DNA from: Antedon mediterranea | Lineage: Eukaryota > Animalia > Echinodermata | Reading direction: 5' to 3' | Assembly: GCF_964355755.1 (NCBI RefSeq) | Contig: NC_092680.1 | Location: forward strand, 6,944,001-7,008,000 | DNA length: 64,000 nucleotides | Shown here: one piece after another, positions 50,401 through 62,008 of the stretch | Layout of the letters: every line of letters starts with the position of its first letter | Numbering within the stretch: the first letter of the stretch is position 1 | Made by a program: the position numbers and the translations under genes | Notes under the pieces: generated by a model | Seen by the model: the letters and a program-made list of their open reading frames with translations, nothing else | The model's database searches: none | Told to the model about the DNA's origin: nothing

Positions 50401-50865
50401 TAAATCAAAGTTATATTCCTGGTTAACTGGTTAATAGAGCATGGGATTTAACTTTATAGATAGAATTTGGATCAGCTTAAGCAAACAACTCAAGTACATG
50501 TAAACACAGCTAATACTATATGTGACCATAGAGATATTATGTTCAGTATAATATCTCTATGATGTGACAAACTAAAGATTTACGAACTAGGACGGGAAGT
50601 CACAAAAGAAAAACAAAAACCTGGAAAAAACATGACAGACAAAATATTATTGTATTAAAGTATTAAATTGTATTAAATTTAAAACCTCCAAGATACTGTA
50701 CTTACTTTTAAAATATTTTTTACCAAATCCTGATGCTGACGGCGTTTGGTCTTTCATTGTCATGGAAGATACAACATTCAAACAATTTGACATAATTATC
50801 CAAAGTGTTGATAATATTAATAACCGCATGGAAAAAATACTTGATATCCTTTCTATCGTATCCAT
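20022..50865 (-). CDS. Transmembrane semaphorin, class 6/1-like (signal peptide, Sema, PSI, Thr/Pro-rich stalk, TM, cytoplasmic tail; no Ig or TSP), about 843 aa
   Basis: Phase-consistent exons 50865-50724, 47387-47071, 42699-42588, 40072-39944, 38684-38596, 37081-36952, 36377-36314, 35572-35431, 35225-35036, 34705-34486, 33614-33546, 33083-33052, 32547-32536, 30700-30626, 29982-29818, 24076-23891, 20479-20022. Sema motifs [76 protein letters not shown]; PSI motif DPYCEW. Confidence 0.9.
23891..24076 (-). CDS. Semaphorin transmembrane exon
   Basis: [26 protein letters not shown] followed by RKNKGKY; alternative in-frame donor at 23930. Confidence 0.8.
24960..25037. mobile_element. Harbinger-like MITE (copy 2, internally deleted)
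   Basis: taa|agctctgtcta...tagacagagct|tta. Confidence 0.65.
25978..26107. repeat. 29-bp tandem repeat, about 4.4 copies
   Basis: aacatgtttaactttaacgtgtcactttt units within an ACATGT-rich tract. Confidence 0.9.
26643..26929. mobile_element. Kolobok-like MITE, TTAA TSD
   Basis: ttaa|agatgtattgtccc...gggacaatacatct|ttaa, perfect 14-bp TIR. Confidence 0.75.
29818..29982 (-). CDS. Semaphorin stalk exon (165 nt, phase 1-1)
   Basis: [25 protein letters not shown]...PTEKPLKLE; cacag acceptor, gtagga donor. Confidence 0.75.
30127..30373. mobile_element. Short-TIR MITE flanked by TTAA
   Basis: ttaa-agccccagtgc ... gcactggggtt-ttaa. Confidence 0.5.
30626..30700 (-). CDS. Semaphorin mucin-like stalk exon (75 nt, phase 1-1)
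   Basis: [25 protein letters not shown]; tgtag acceptor, CAG|gtatat donor. Confidence 0.8.
31619..31666 (-). CDS. Candidate alternative 48-nt semaphorin stalk exon
   Basis: ctacag acceptor, G|gttagt donor, open in phase 1 ([16 protein letters not shown]). Confidence 0.35.
32536..32547 (-). CDS. Semaphorin 12-nt microexon (DPIT)
   Basis: ctatag|ATCCCATCACAG|gtgagt, consensus donor, frame-preserving. Confidence 0.6.
33052..33083 (-). CDS. Semaphorin PSI C-terminal exon ([11 protein letters not shown])
   Basis: Provides the needed phase 2 to 1 bridge and the last PSI cysteine. Confidence 0.7.
33546..33614 (-). CDS. Semaphorin PSI exon ([19 protein letters not shown])
   Basis: DPYCxW motif; canonical splice sites. 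Confidence 0.9.
34486..34705 (-). CDS. Semaphorin Sema-domain exon
   Basis: DDGHIMKLV...[17 protein letters not shown]. Confidence 0.9.
35036..35225 (-). CDS. Semaphorin Sema-domain exon
   Basis: [22 protein letters not shown]...IVFAGT. Confidence 0.92.
35431..35572 (-). CDS. Semaphorin Sema-domain exon
   Basis: [18 protein letters not shown]...VPPNRPGN. Confidence 0.92.
35585..35850. repeat. Degenerate AATGT(A)-rich low-complexity repeat
   Basis: Repeated taatgtaataaaaatg variants. Confidence 0.7.
36314..36377 (-). CDS. Semaphorin Sema-domain exon
   Basis: [21 protein letters not shown]. Confidence 0.88.
36952..37081 (-). CDS. Semaphorin Sema-domain exon
   Basis: [41 protein letters not shown]. 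Confidence 0.96.
38596..38684 (-). CDS. Semaphorin Sema-domain exon
   Basis: [23 protein letters not shown]. Confidence 0.94.
38903..39030. mobile_element. Harbinger-like MITE (copy 3)
   Basis: agctatgtctacac...gtgtggacagagct; internal gatgtgccca/tgggcacatc inverted pair. Confidence 0.65.
39944..40072 (-). CDS. Semaphorin Sema-domain exon
   Basis: [24 protein letters not shown]...SDSVWLN. Confidence 0.94.
42588..42699 (-). CDS. Semaphorin Sema-domain exon
   Basis: [21 protein letters not shown]. Confidence 0.92.
47071..47387 (-). CDS. Semaphorin first Sema-domain exon
   Basis: [13 protein letters not shown]...[18 protein letters not shown]...[13 protein letters not shown]. Confidence 0.95.
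48290..48767. repeat. ~80-bp tandem repeat (3 copies), third copy split by an insertion
   Basis: atagtggcct...acttgcctgacccccacctcctccacaaaaaccccaa units; the third copy resumes at about 48731. Confidence 0.8.
48497..48730 (+). mobile_element. 5'-truncated SINE/LINE 3' end (L2-type tail) with internal duplication
   Basis: tgtaaagcac...gcgatataaat...(tat)n tail; atggtgtccggcgggggatagttt present twice. Confidence 0.55.
50527..50561. mobile_element. 35-bp P/Galileo-type remnant (probable excision footprint), TSD ATGTGAC
   Basis: catagagatattat-gttcagt-ataatatctctatg flanked by atgtgac at 50520-50526 and 50562-50568. Confidence 0.75.
50724..50865 (-). CDS. Semaphorin first coding exon, signal peptide
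   Basis: [34 protein letters not shown]; exon acceptor at 50893; phase-1 donor matches the next exon; the start could be the second Met. Confidence 0.75.
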
Positions 50866-53864
50866 GTTGAAACAATGATTCAAAAAGTTTAACCTAAAAA
50901 AAAAGAATAAAAGAAGAAAGAAACAGGATTTAATAAGTTATCAAAGTATTATTATTTATATCAAATATAAATTTATATGTGGTAAACACTTTATCTGAAG
51001 GATTTGGTAGAAAGCAAAGTTCAAAAGTTACAAAGAAATAAGTCATCTAGTTTCTGTGAAAAAAAGTTTTTAATATTCTTCTGTTAGCACTGGCAGTAAG
51101 TACAGTAGCTATAAAAAAGTATGTGTTAAACAAATCTCTGCTAACTACTGTAGTATTCTGTCAGTATGTCCATCATAGCTATAAGTAAGATGTTTGATAA
51201 CAACGCCAAACAAAGCTACAGATAACACATTGACAAGCTCCTGCTGACTTCAGGTCAGATGGTACCAATCTTCAAGAGGAGACATGATGTCATTAACTAG
51301 CCTAAGGTACCAATGAAATTGAAGCAAGAAATCATCTCATTACCTATAATCAAATAAGGTTGTAACACTGATATCATGTAAATCACGATACTGATGACAA
51401 TTGTGACGGAAAATGTATCATTATTTATAACCACAATAGACAACTCATCTATTACTAATCCAACAAATGAACTGGCCTTGTTTTTAAATTTACTGTCAAC
51501 TATTCAACTGATGAACACTCATTCACACATTAAATACACGTTAAATTTAGAATACATTACATGATTTTGTTTATTCTTCATTCATTTTTTTTACTAATTT
51601 ACCAATCTAGTATTCAACATTCAACTATACAGTAGGCAAGTAGGCAGATACAAAAAAGAGGTTCCTGCCAGCAAAGACAACACCTAACTACAAATTACAA
51701 TGAAAAAAGATAAGACAATTTTATGGTTTTGGGCTCACAGTATTTAATAATTCTGGTTCCACCATTTGGTTCAGAAAAACTCAATAGACTACAGTACTAA
51801 TACTAGAATACTAAACTGACTGTAGAAGTAGAAAATCTTAGTAAATACAGAAATTATCAGCCAAATGTATTCATAATAATATTGCAATATCATTTTAAAT
51901 TTTAACAATTCAACCTATTGTTTGGTTCAAGATTTGCTACGATTATATATATTATTCTTAAATACAAAAAAAGTATTGTTCAGTCACACTATATTTGGAA
52001 TAACAACAACATTTTAAAGTGTTCTCTGGAGTGAATTAATTTCATATACAGCTTAGCAAGCACCACAGACTGGTAATCAATCGTAGAACAATATACACCC
52101 TATTGATGTTTACAAAGCATTACAAATATGGTTTTGTTTTGCGTTAAATTAAGTCTGCCTGTTTCATTAGTCGTACAGTACAAAGCAAAGGCGACTAGTG
52201 TACCCTCAGGGAGTCCGGCCTCAAACCCTCACATGTGTTGGCAGCTATTGGGCTCAAACTCAGCAGGAGTTAAGAAAGCGTTGGCATAGCACCACCAATC
52301 GTAGGACTTCGTTTAGCATCTAAAGATTATACCATATTAATTCACCAACCTAGATAACGTAATTTGAGGCGCTACACACAGTGCCAGGTTTTCAAAATAA
52401 AGATTGGCCAAAAAGCTTGATTCGTGATCCTAAATCAAACAAAATATGCTTTTCTGTTTATTACCATTAATAAAAAACAAATTTGTTTATTTAATTTACT
52501 AATAAATATTCGCTTAGAAAAAGGCTTTTTTTTCTCTTTATTCCTTTTCATATTTCATTTGTACACTTACTGTAAAGTACGACACAAAGTAAACATGAAT
52601 TTTAGCAGGTAAACTACAGTACCTTTACAAAAAGGGGGTTGGGGTGGTGGAGCAGGTAAACAGAGAATTTGTGTTCATCGGAGCATAATAATATGTTATT
52701 TCTTCGTACCTAGTGATTGGCAAATAACCATCCTACTAAGAGTTGTTTATTTATAAAAACACAATATTAAGACATTGTATAATTTCAATTCAAATTTGTA
52801 TTGTGGTACAGTACGTATTTAAGAATGTTTTTTGGGAATCTTGATGTTTTAAGACGACGCCAAATACTGTAATTATATGGGGAGATTAACACATGAGCAG
52901 TCTAAAAAATAGCTGTCATCGACCATCTTGGAGCGAAAAGACACCCAACATCCTGGTGCATATACACCGTATTTATTAATAAGTTTTATCAAATATTGAA
53001 AATTACATAACACTGTAGCTTAAAAATCATTTTAAAAAGTAAAAACGGTACTAGGGTATAATTTGAGATTGATGAGATTTGATATTATTTACATACAATT
53101 ACAACTGATACTGTACTATTGCTGAATGTACAATACTATGGTAACAACAACAAAATATTTCTTAAATCCTGTAAATTCAAACACTTCCTTAATGCATCAA
53201 GTAGACAGAACATAATAACAAAATATAGTATTAGTATATATATATAATACATAAATAAAATAATAGTTGACAATCAAAAATATGGTATTGATTATGATAA
53301 TATATCCAAATACTTGATTTACTCTGATTAGTCATTTTCCTCAATAAATATAGGCATTAAAACTATAATGAGGTTATTGAATAGGTCATTGAATAGAATT
53401 TACCCTATTGTAGGTCCTCAATCACTTCCTTCTCACTGTACAGTACCTCCTGGAAATTATAATTCAGTTTTCCCTTTTAATACCATTACATCAGGTACAG
53501 TGCTGTTATTATCATACAGTGAGTAGGCCTATATACTGTAATAGTGTTCCATCATGAAAAACAGATATTATCAGTCACGAAATTAAACATAATAACAGCA
53601 GTAAAGATAATTTGCCATACAACTAGGATAATAGGTTAGTAGTATGTTTAACCCTTTCAGACGAGAGAAAAAACATACAGAAAATCGACAAGCGTGGGCC
53701 ATCAACATGACTAATTTGGGCAAAAACATTCATTCACACTGAATCACTCACATCATGCACCACTACTCACTGTCGGCACAGAACAAACGGGCTAACTCAA
53801 TAAAAACAAAACAATAAACCTTATGAACTACAATTCATTTAATTTATCCATCTAGTTTACTCAC

Positions 53865-54065
53865 CTAAAGATATGTATTTTATATGCCCCGTAAATTATA
53901 CCATTTCCTCAGTAACAATATCCAAGAAAACACATCGCGACTGAGCCTACCTTTATACGGAACAACGGTCAGGTGTATTTAAGCTCAACTCCTTTTCTTT
54001 CTGTGCTGTCACACTTATGATGTTATGCAAATATAAACATATAATGCAAACGATAGCCAATCAAA
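53865..54065 (-). promoter_or_regulatory. Candidate semaphorin non-coding first exon and core promoter
   Basis: Consensus AG|gtgagt donor at 53865; minus-strand TCAGT Inr-like motif near 53942 and TATAAAG near 53951-53957; ATGCAAAT and CCAAT motifs upstream. Confidence 0.35.
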
Positions 54066-55417
54066 TTTAAAGGAATGCTCCATTAAATAATAGGTAAACT
54101 GGGGACGGAATGAAATTATTAATAATGTTTGATTACAAATGGCCAATAAAATAGTAACTACAACGATATATATGACGATTTATTTTCAAATTTACTAAAT
54201 ATGAACTGTAACTATGTGATGTCAAGCAGTGAACATATTTAAATAAGCAATAAATGCTAATATGTTTGTAATGACTTCACCCTACTTTGAAGCTTGTCTA
54301 TTTTGTTTATTGTTAGTGGTTTTTTTGTTGACATAAGTATAAGACCATAAATTATCAATGGGTTTCAATGGATAAATCTCATGAGATACCCTAGCATTGT
54401 AGTTCTATACCAAGATTAAAATCAGACTTACAACCCTTGAACAATATAAGCCTACAACAATCTTTTCTATAGATTCAAGAGAAAATAACTTGGTGGGGGA
54501 GGGGATCTTCACTTCTCTGATGGTTTAAAAAAATATTCAGTGCCATGTGAACTTCTCTATCCAGTAGTGCCTCTAACCAAATGTGGGAGGCAAGTTGGAT
54601 AATTCTGAAGATATTAACTGGACATGGAAATTTAAATACATCATGAGAAGAGCTTTAGATGAAGGCTCTTGGGCATTGCCATTAGAGAGTCTGCTTGATT
54701 AGGGACCAGCTCAGCTGGGTAGAAATTTAAAAAATCAAGGCTTGTTTTTTTTTAAATTTAAAGCAAGTTCTTTTTTTTTAACTTATAAATTCCTAATGTT
54801 AAAGAGAGATGCATTTATGAAATGATCAATATTTTTTTTAATAAGATGAAATTTATTTTTAAGTTAAAATTGCAATGAATACTGTACTGTACCTATATAC
54901 AGGTTTATTTCATTAGATCTCAATGTCAACATATGCAAAACATCAGCTCCCAATGGAATTGATTGTATATCATGAATCATGTTTATCTGTCTTGTAATGT
55001 ACCAGTAACAAGATATTGTTGTATGCAACATGATAAAGGTGTGCTAATAGATAGAAACATACCATTTGTCTTCTTTTAAGTGTTGAACTCAACTTCAGGA
55101 TTAAAGTTTAATTACTCCCGTAAGGACTGCTGCTGCACCACAATATTGCTACTGTTGACTTTTATGTATACTGTACAGTACTAGTAATAAGTATCACAAG
55201 TTTTCAGAGAAATCTATTGTGTGGCATGGACAAGAAAGGCGAGTTACATCAAAATAATGAAAATGTAAATTCAGTTTTTAAGTTTCATAGTTTTAAGGTG
55301 TGTATAACAATACAATAGTTTGGGTCATAACATTGTTCACTTATACAGTATTTTTATCAGAAACTTTGCATCAAAATCAATTCTTTATTCTATTTGTGCA
55401 TTCATCCATGGTTAAAC

Positions 55418-55450
55418 CAGGGAGATGTAAAATTACTTCACATCTCCCTG
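55418..55450. mobile_element. 33-bp P/Galileo-type remnant (probable excision footprint), TSD GTTAAAC
   Basis: cagggagatgtaaaatt-acttcacatctccctg flanked by gttaaac at 55411-55417 and 55451-55457. Confidence 0.75.
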
Positions 55451-55995
55451 GTTAAACCATTTTTAAATCAGCTTCATTAAATGTTGCAGCAACCTGGCTC
55501 TGCTGCAGCACAACACTGCATTGCTGCAGTAACAATCATGATAAGCATACCTGAAGAATTAATATCACCTTCTTCTGTCAACGATTTGCATACAGTAGTT
55601 CATGCAAATGTGTACCATCTTGGCCTCCTGCTTTAAATGATTTACATACAGTATTTGTTCATCCTGTAAATGTGCATTCATGTACCAAGTCCTACTTTAC
55701 ATTCCATCCAAAGGATGAAGCAATCAATTAGAGTATCAAAAGCAGATTGCTTTAAAAAAAAGAATGCAGAGAAAGGTCTTCCTACTATCCCAGTCTAATG
55801 CTTTAATTCTAATAATAGAACTTACAACAAAAATAAAAGTCTTATAACTAAAATATTCAAATATAAAATATACACAGGAAAATTATATTCTTATGTAAAT
55901 TTTAAATTTTCTTTTATATTCATTTAATAAATGTTTCTTTTAAACTTGCCTCAAATTTGCATATTTCATCATGCATACTGACATAATGTTGCTGA

Positions 55996-56154
55996 AGCCC
56001 TGTCTACAATATCAAACTTTATGCAACACAAAAAGTGTGATGTGTCCTATGGTGGTGATGCACCCAAATATGGTAGTGATATGAAATCATCATGCCCATA
56101 TATGGGCACATCACATTTTTTTGTCACATAATGTTTGATAGTGTAGACAGAGGT
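55996..56154. mobile_element. Harbinger-like MITE (copy 4, longest)
   Basis: agccctgtctacaatatcaaac...gtttgatagtgtagacagaggt. Confidence 0.65.
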
Positions 56155-59100
56155 GTAGAAAGTGGTTTTTCATTAGAGGTAGCTTTATATGGACATACAG
56201 TACTAATATATAACATTTTAATATTTCTTCCTTGTTGCACAAAAAATTATAAATACTGTATATTATATTCTTCAAAATTTACATATGTTTATTTACACAT
56301 TATTCTATCAAATATGATGCACTTTCAATACCATCATTAAACTTGTTTTCACACTTTCACTTATTAGATTAACTGTACATAATAATAGAAACAGAGATTA
56401 TGCCTGGTGCATCAATCGGCAAGCCCCTAAATATGTTTTCACTTTACAAAAATACATTTCTTCAGTCAATCAATATACTTTCGATTTCAATGGAACTTGT
56501 TCATAAAACTCAAATGTTTCCTTATTTGTTTAAATTGTAAATACTCTCAATTTATTTCTTCCGGATCTAAACTTTTGAGCACTTTCAATTACACTACAAT
56601 AATTAATTCATTATTTCCTCTAAAAAAAAATTTTTTATGACCATTTAAAGATATAATATCGATCTGAAAAAGGTACTTGAATATGCCATTTTTTAATTTA
56701 AGTGTTAATTTCACATTTTTTTTTTTCGCTTCGATCTAAAATTGGATTTAAACAAATTATTACCTGACAAACTGTAATTTAAAGAAAAAAATGTTTTAAT
56801 TGTTTTTTTTCTGCCTCTTTAATAAGCGAAATCATTATTTTTGTTCATTTGTTTAGTGGAAAAAGTGAATATATAAAAAATTACAAAGTAATAACTAAAA
56901 TAACTTTATTTAAAACAAAAAATGCTAATGCCCATTTAGTTATTTTTCATGTTTTGAGAATAACAATACAGCAGGTAATATATTTTATTGTAATTTTTGT
57001 TTGCTTTTATTGTTTGGATATGTAAATTTGAAATAAAGTGATCAATCAATCATTCAATCAATAATCAATAATCTTAATGTTATTTATTTGCCAAGCTCTT
57101 TTTTACAGTATACATTGTCATGTAGGACTACTGTATTTGATTGCATTCCATTCATGTTTAGAGAAAGTAGATTTTTACTACTACAGTACTGTACTGACTG
57201 AATGAATGTACTCTGATGATTATCTGCCTCCCAAGTAGGATTTGCAATGGATATATGTATAATGCAGGGCTCTCAATCTGTCAAAATACATTACACTTAT
57301 AATTTCTCAAAGTTTCAGAGGTCAAATGATATTTACCAGGGTATAACCATTGTGTCATCAATCAACATATACTAGTTTGTTATATAAAAACCCATTATTG
57401 GTTCCTTTTTTGTGTTTTTATAACCCCCTATGGTTATGAGAAAATATCTGTAATACTACTTATTTGCAAAATAATAATTTATATAGATTACCAATATGTA
57501 GGGTTTGCCTCAACAACACATATTCAGATAAAACAATAATATAGATAATAATAAAACAGATTTGAAAATATATTTCTATACTGTATACATTTTTTATTTA
57601 TTTAATATTTCAATTTAACAATATGACTAGACCATTTTTTAAATTTGATTAGACTTAAAGAATTTATATAAATTACCAAAAAGTAGAGTTTGTCTAGTCA
57701 ACAACAATAGATATGAAAATATATTTAATTATATACATTTTCTTTTTATTTAATTAATTAAAAAAATATGAGTAGGCAAAATTATTTGTTGAGTGACTTT
57801 CAAAGTCTCAAAAGATTTGTTTACTTAAATAACATGATTGGTAGCCTAAAGCGTACTATAATGGTAGATCGGCAAATTGCCTTCAGCTTCTGATCAATTA
57901 GTGATGAAAAACAACAACAGAAATCTGTAACTAGAGGCCACTTGTCTAAAAATAAATACCTGTACACACACTACAGAGACTCAGGAGAGTGCGGAGATCC
58001 GTTGACCTGTATTAATGAGGAAATCAGGAAGGCTGGCGCTGAAAACCACAAAATTTGATAATATTTCATAGCGGATGACGTTGGTAATTCATAAACTGTT
58101 AAGAATCTTATAAATGACACAAGCCAGATTATTTTTTTTAAATATGTATAAACTTCTAACATTTATGATAAATTCACAGGCATAGAGAAAATGTAAACTA
58201 CAAATAATTTATACATCCTGTGTAATTGGCGAGTTGCTCACTTTTGGATGCATATGAAAAAAAAAATGCCCAGTAATAATGATTAATATTAAAAAACATT
58301 TTATCCAACAATGAAAAAGAGTGCCCTAGAAAACCTGAAATTAATTTATTTTTATAGCGCTATTTACATGATGGAATACCGTAAACATTATCTTTAATAA
58401 TTCTACATTATGCAAACCTTTTATTCAACCAATGACATCTTGGGCGCAATATTTCATCAGTGCAAACATTCACTAATTTCTCCTTAAATGTATGATTTAC
58501 TGCAGACGCCATAATCTTTGCACTATTGAGAAAAGAAGAAATATTAGTAAGCTTCAATTAAAAATACTAATACGAATCCGACAACTATGTCATCGAATGC
58601 TCTTTTAATATTTCTAAATCTTGTGGAGTCAAGAAGTTCCATCAATTTTATGTCAAATGATATAGGCCGACATAATAGTAATTATAGTAATGCATCACGA
58701 ACAAATAAGAAACTATAAAAACAGTTAAAGACAAACATGCGTATATTTTGAATTAAGATACGGTCAGTGACGTACTTGGGATTTGGATAAGTTTAAAGTA
58801 GGAAAATTTAACAAAGCACTTTGAAAAAAGTTTCTATGAATTTATGGAGCTGAGCCATAGAAGTGCATCATTCTAATCTCTTGACATTTAAACCTGTATA
58901 GAAAGGTTTTTTAAAACTTACAGTGAAACAATAGAGTATTCTTTGAAAGTCCTTCAAGTGAAGTCTTTATACTAAAGAGAAATGACACTTACTGATTAAT
59001 ACAAAAAGGTAATGACACACACTTGAACACAAAGAAAATCTTATTCTCTGTTTGTTTTGTCATTAGAATAAGGGTGTGATTTTCTGTATATTTAGGCTTA

Positions 59101-59567
59101 TGTTGCAAAAAGTTGGAAAAAGATAAGACATTTTCATCACCTAATTTCCCAGTTTTTAGGCACTCCTATTTATACATCTTCGATCTGCCACTGGTACACA
59201 TTTACTTCACACTAAAATGGCAAAGAATATCACTAGGCCACCATTCATATACCCATAATATTTGAGCTAAAAAGCACACAAATTGAACACATTTAGGTTA
59301 TGCCTTCAAAGATTGCAAATTAGTTTTCGTATCTTGATATCATGTTATTAACAATTATCATGACTCACCTTAACTGTTAATTAGCAACTAATTACAAAGA
59401 AAAGAATAGGGATAATTGGCCAATTCATTATCAATAGAAACGATAATTATGTAACCCGATATGAATGTACAGTAGAGTGTCATCATTTATGTAATTTTGT
59501 TTCAATTTAGGCTTTTGAAACTAAATATGGAAAATGGTACTATTGTTTTTCAGCTCCTACATAAAAA

Positions 59568-59915
59568 CAGTAGAATCCTATTAGGGGACAACTTCTGGAC
59601 CCCCAAACAAGTGTCCTCATTACTAAAAGTGTACCCTGAACAAAGGTGTTCCCAAAGAAGAAGTTCTACCATAAAAACAGTTTATATCAGTGTGATTATG
59701 ACCAAAATAAGTTATGAAGTTAAGAGATCTTTTACCTCCAGTTCAGGGCAAATAAAATATCATAGTAAATTCACTTTTTTAACACCTATTCATGGGACAC
59801 CTTTATTAGGAGGAAAACTTTAAAAGTGAACGGGGCAAAAACCTATCAAGGGACACCCCTATTAAGGGGACATTTTGTTTTGTCCCGAAGGTGTCCCCTT
59901 ATAGGACTACTACTG
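59568..59915. mobile_element. Tc1/mariner (pogo/Tigger-like) MITE
   Basis: cagtagaatcctattaggggaca / tgtccccttataggactactactg|ta; internal ggggaca/ctattaag sub-repeats; left TA is mutated. Confidence 0.6.
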
Positions 59916-61061
59916 TATCAAATACAGAAGCAATTAATTGGTGTATTTAAAATTGAACTAGTTAATTGAAATCAGTAATATGGAGGTAATTTATTCATAC
60001 AATAATAAACCAGTTACTTCCTTCGGTTAGTCATCTAACAATAATTTCATCAACATTTGTAGCTCTGTCTAATCAGTCATAGGTGCACTAGTTATGCCAC
60101 ATTACCTAATAACTCATTGTCAATTCACACATGTTTGCATTTTTTTTAATTGATCCTTCTTTCCTTCTTTCTTTATTAGTTCTTCCTGTGTTTTTTTCTT
60201 TCTTTCTTCTATTTTTCTCTATTTCCTCCTTCTTTCATTTCTTGCCAATTTTACATACCATATATTTATACCATGTTTGGACATACAATATTTTAATTTT
60301 TTAAATGTTCTAAATGTCTCTAAATAGATAATAGACTTATTCTAATTAAGTTATTTACCAAGTGAAAATAAGTTTTATTGATTCGTTTCTCTGTTTTAGC
60401 AGTTTGAATTGCATATTGTTCATTTTTATTTTACGTTTTTCAATTTATATCTACTGTATTTATAAATAAGTCATGTTTTTAATTTTTACATGATAGATTT
60501 AATAATTGGAATAAAAATACAAAAACAGATTAGATTGTAATAAAAATATTGTGTATTGTGAGGTAATAGTTTCAACTTGATTATTTAAGATTCAGAAATT
60601 CATATCAGGCTTTTCATACTCATACAAAAGGACATTGTTGGTTTAATATAAATTTCTTATTCTAAATTCTAATCGTACATCTGCCAAAATTGTGCTTAAT
60701 TGTACCTCATTTTATAAACTTCCTTTCATCTTCGTAAATCAACTGAAAAGTTATTAGAAAATAAAGAAAAAAAATGAATTATTAATGATAAACACAACAA
60801 TAGAACTTAAAAACTGTTATTTGTGTCTTTTGCCTGATTATATTCAAGATTAAATAAGGTGAACATTTTGTTTTAATCTTTCAAATGCCAGGTGTTGATG
60901 ATGATTTTTTGAGTATAGTACTGTTACAGCTATTACAGCTCAATGACTATAACACTGTACACATCTAAATTCATACAACTTTAGGAAAGAGCTGAGCATC
61001 TAACAAACATAACCTTTAACAATCAGTAAATTTTGCTTATACTTTGTAAACCTTGTTTTAT

Positions 61062-61153
61062 CATGGAGCTGTTTACCTCGCTGGCATGGAGCTGTCTACC
61101 TCGCTTGCATGGAGCTGTTTACCTCGCTTGCATGGAGCTGTTTACCTCGCTGG
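61062..61153. repeat. 23-bp tandem repeat, 4 copies
   Basis: catggagctgtttacctcgct(g/t)g starting at 61062, 61085, 61108 and 61131. Confidence 0.92.
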
Positions 61154-61822
61154 TTTAATACATTATATAAGGCACCCAATGAAGCGTTCCAACGGATTGT
61201 CAATCACGCTGTACTTAACATTCAAGCAATGATGCATAAGTTCCTTCATTAGGTGAATGTGCAGGCAGGTGTAACAGACAGCCATTACTTATCAAGTGTA
61301 TTATATTGAGATAGGCACTGATTTATAGTTTGGTCAGCCTATAGGGAAGAACAATCTAATAACAAGACACTTTAAAGATAAACTCAAGAATAATATTAAT
61401 TTGTAGCACTCATTTTAATTTGGGTTGCCACAAGAGGGCGCATTACACTCATTTTTAATTGTCCACACCAATAAACACAATTAATTAACTTCATACAAAA
61501 ATGAACTTCCATCTGCGATGGGGTTTGGTTAAATTATAGACCTACCAGACATAACATATAGAATAAGAACCCCTTTATTTTGTCATTTTGTCATCAGTCA
61601 ACGGTTCAATATTATTATCATTTGGCCGAGAAAATTTTTAGACTGATCCCGAAACCGGGATGTTTGTTTTTATAAAATATCAAAGTTATTTTTCAGATTA
61701 TATGTTAATCTATGAACTTTATAGGTTGGTAGGTCATGTATTTGCATTGTGTTCACCAAAATAAACATCATTTATACATAGTTTATATGCAAGTCATTTA
61801 CTTATTTGTGCTATGAGTCAGT

Positions 61823-62008
61823 GGAGCTGTAGCTTGGTGGTTAATAATGCTTGCCTTCCAATGCTAAGGTCCAGGGTACAATCCTCTTTCAACTCCACTA
61901 CTAAAGACTCAAATGAGATTTATAAGCACGATAAATTATAAAATAGTTTATCCATCCTGTAATTGGCGAGTTTGTACTCGCTGTTGAATGCGTATGAAAT
62001 AAAAAAAA
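61823..62008 (+). mobile_element. tRNA-derived SINE, near full length
   Basis: A box tagcttggtgg, degenerate B box, tail catcctgtaattggcgagtt...atgcgtatgaaa(A)n; a second tail copy lies at about 58208-58266. Confidence 0.6.

Noticed and set aside
59497-59823. 108-aa ORF as a transposase fragment
   Set aside because: Lies largely within a short MITE and shows no DDE or HTH motif.
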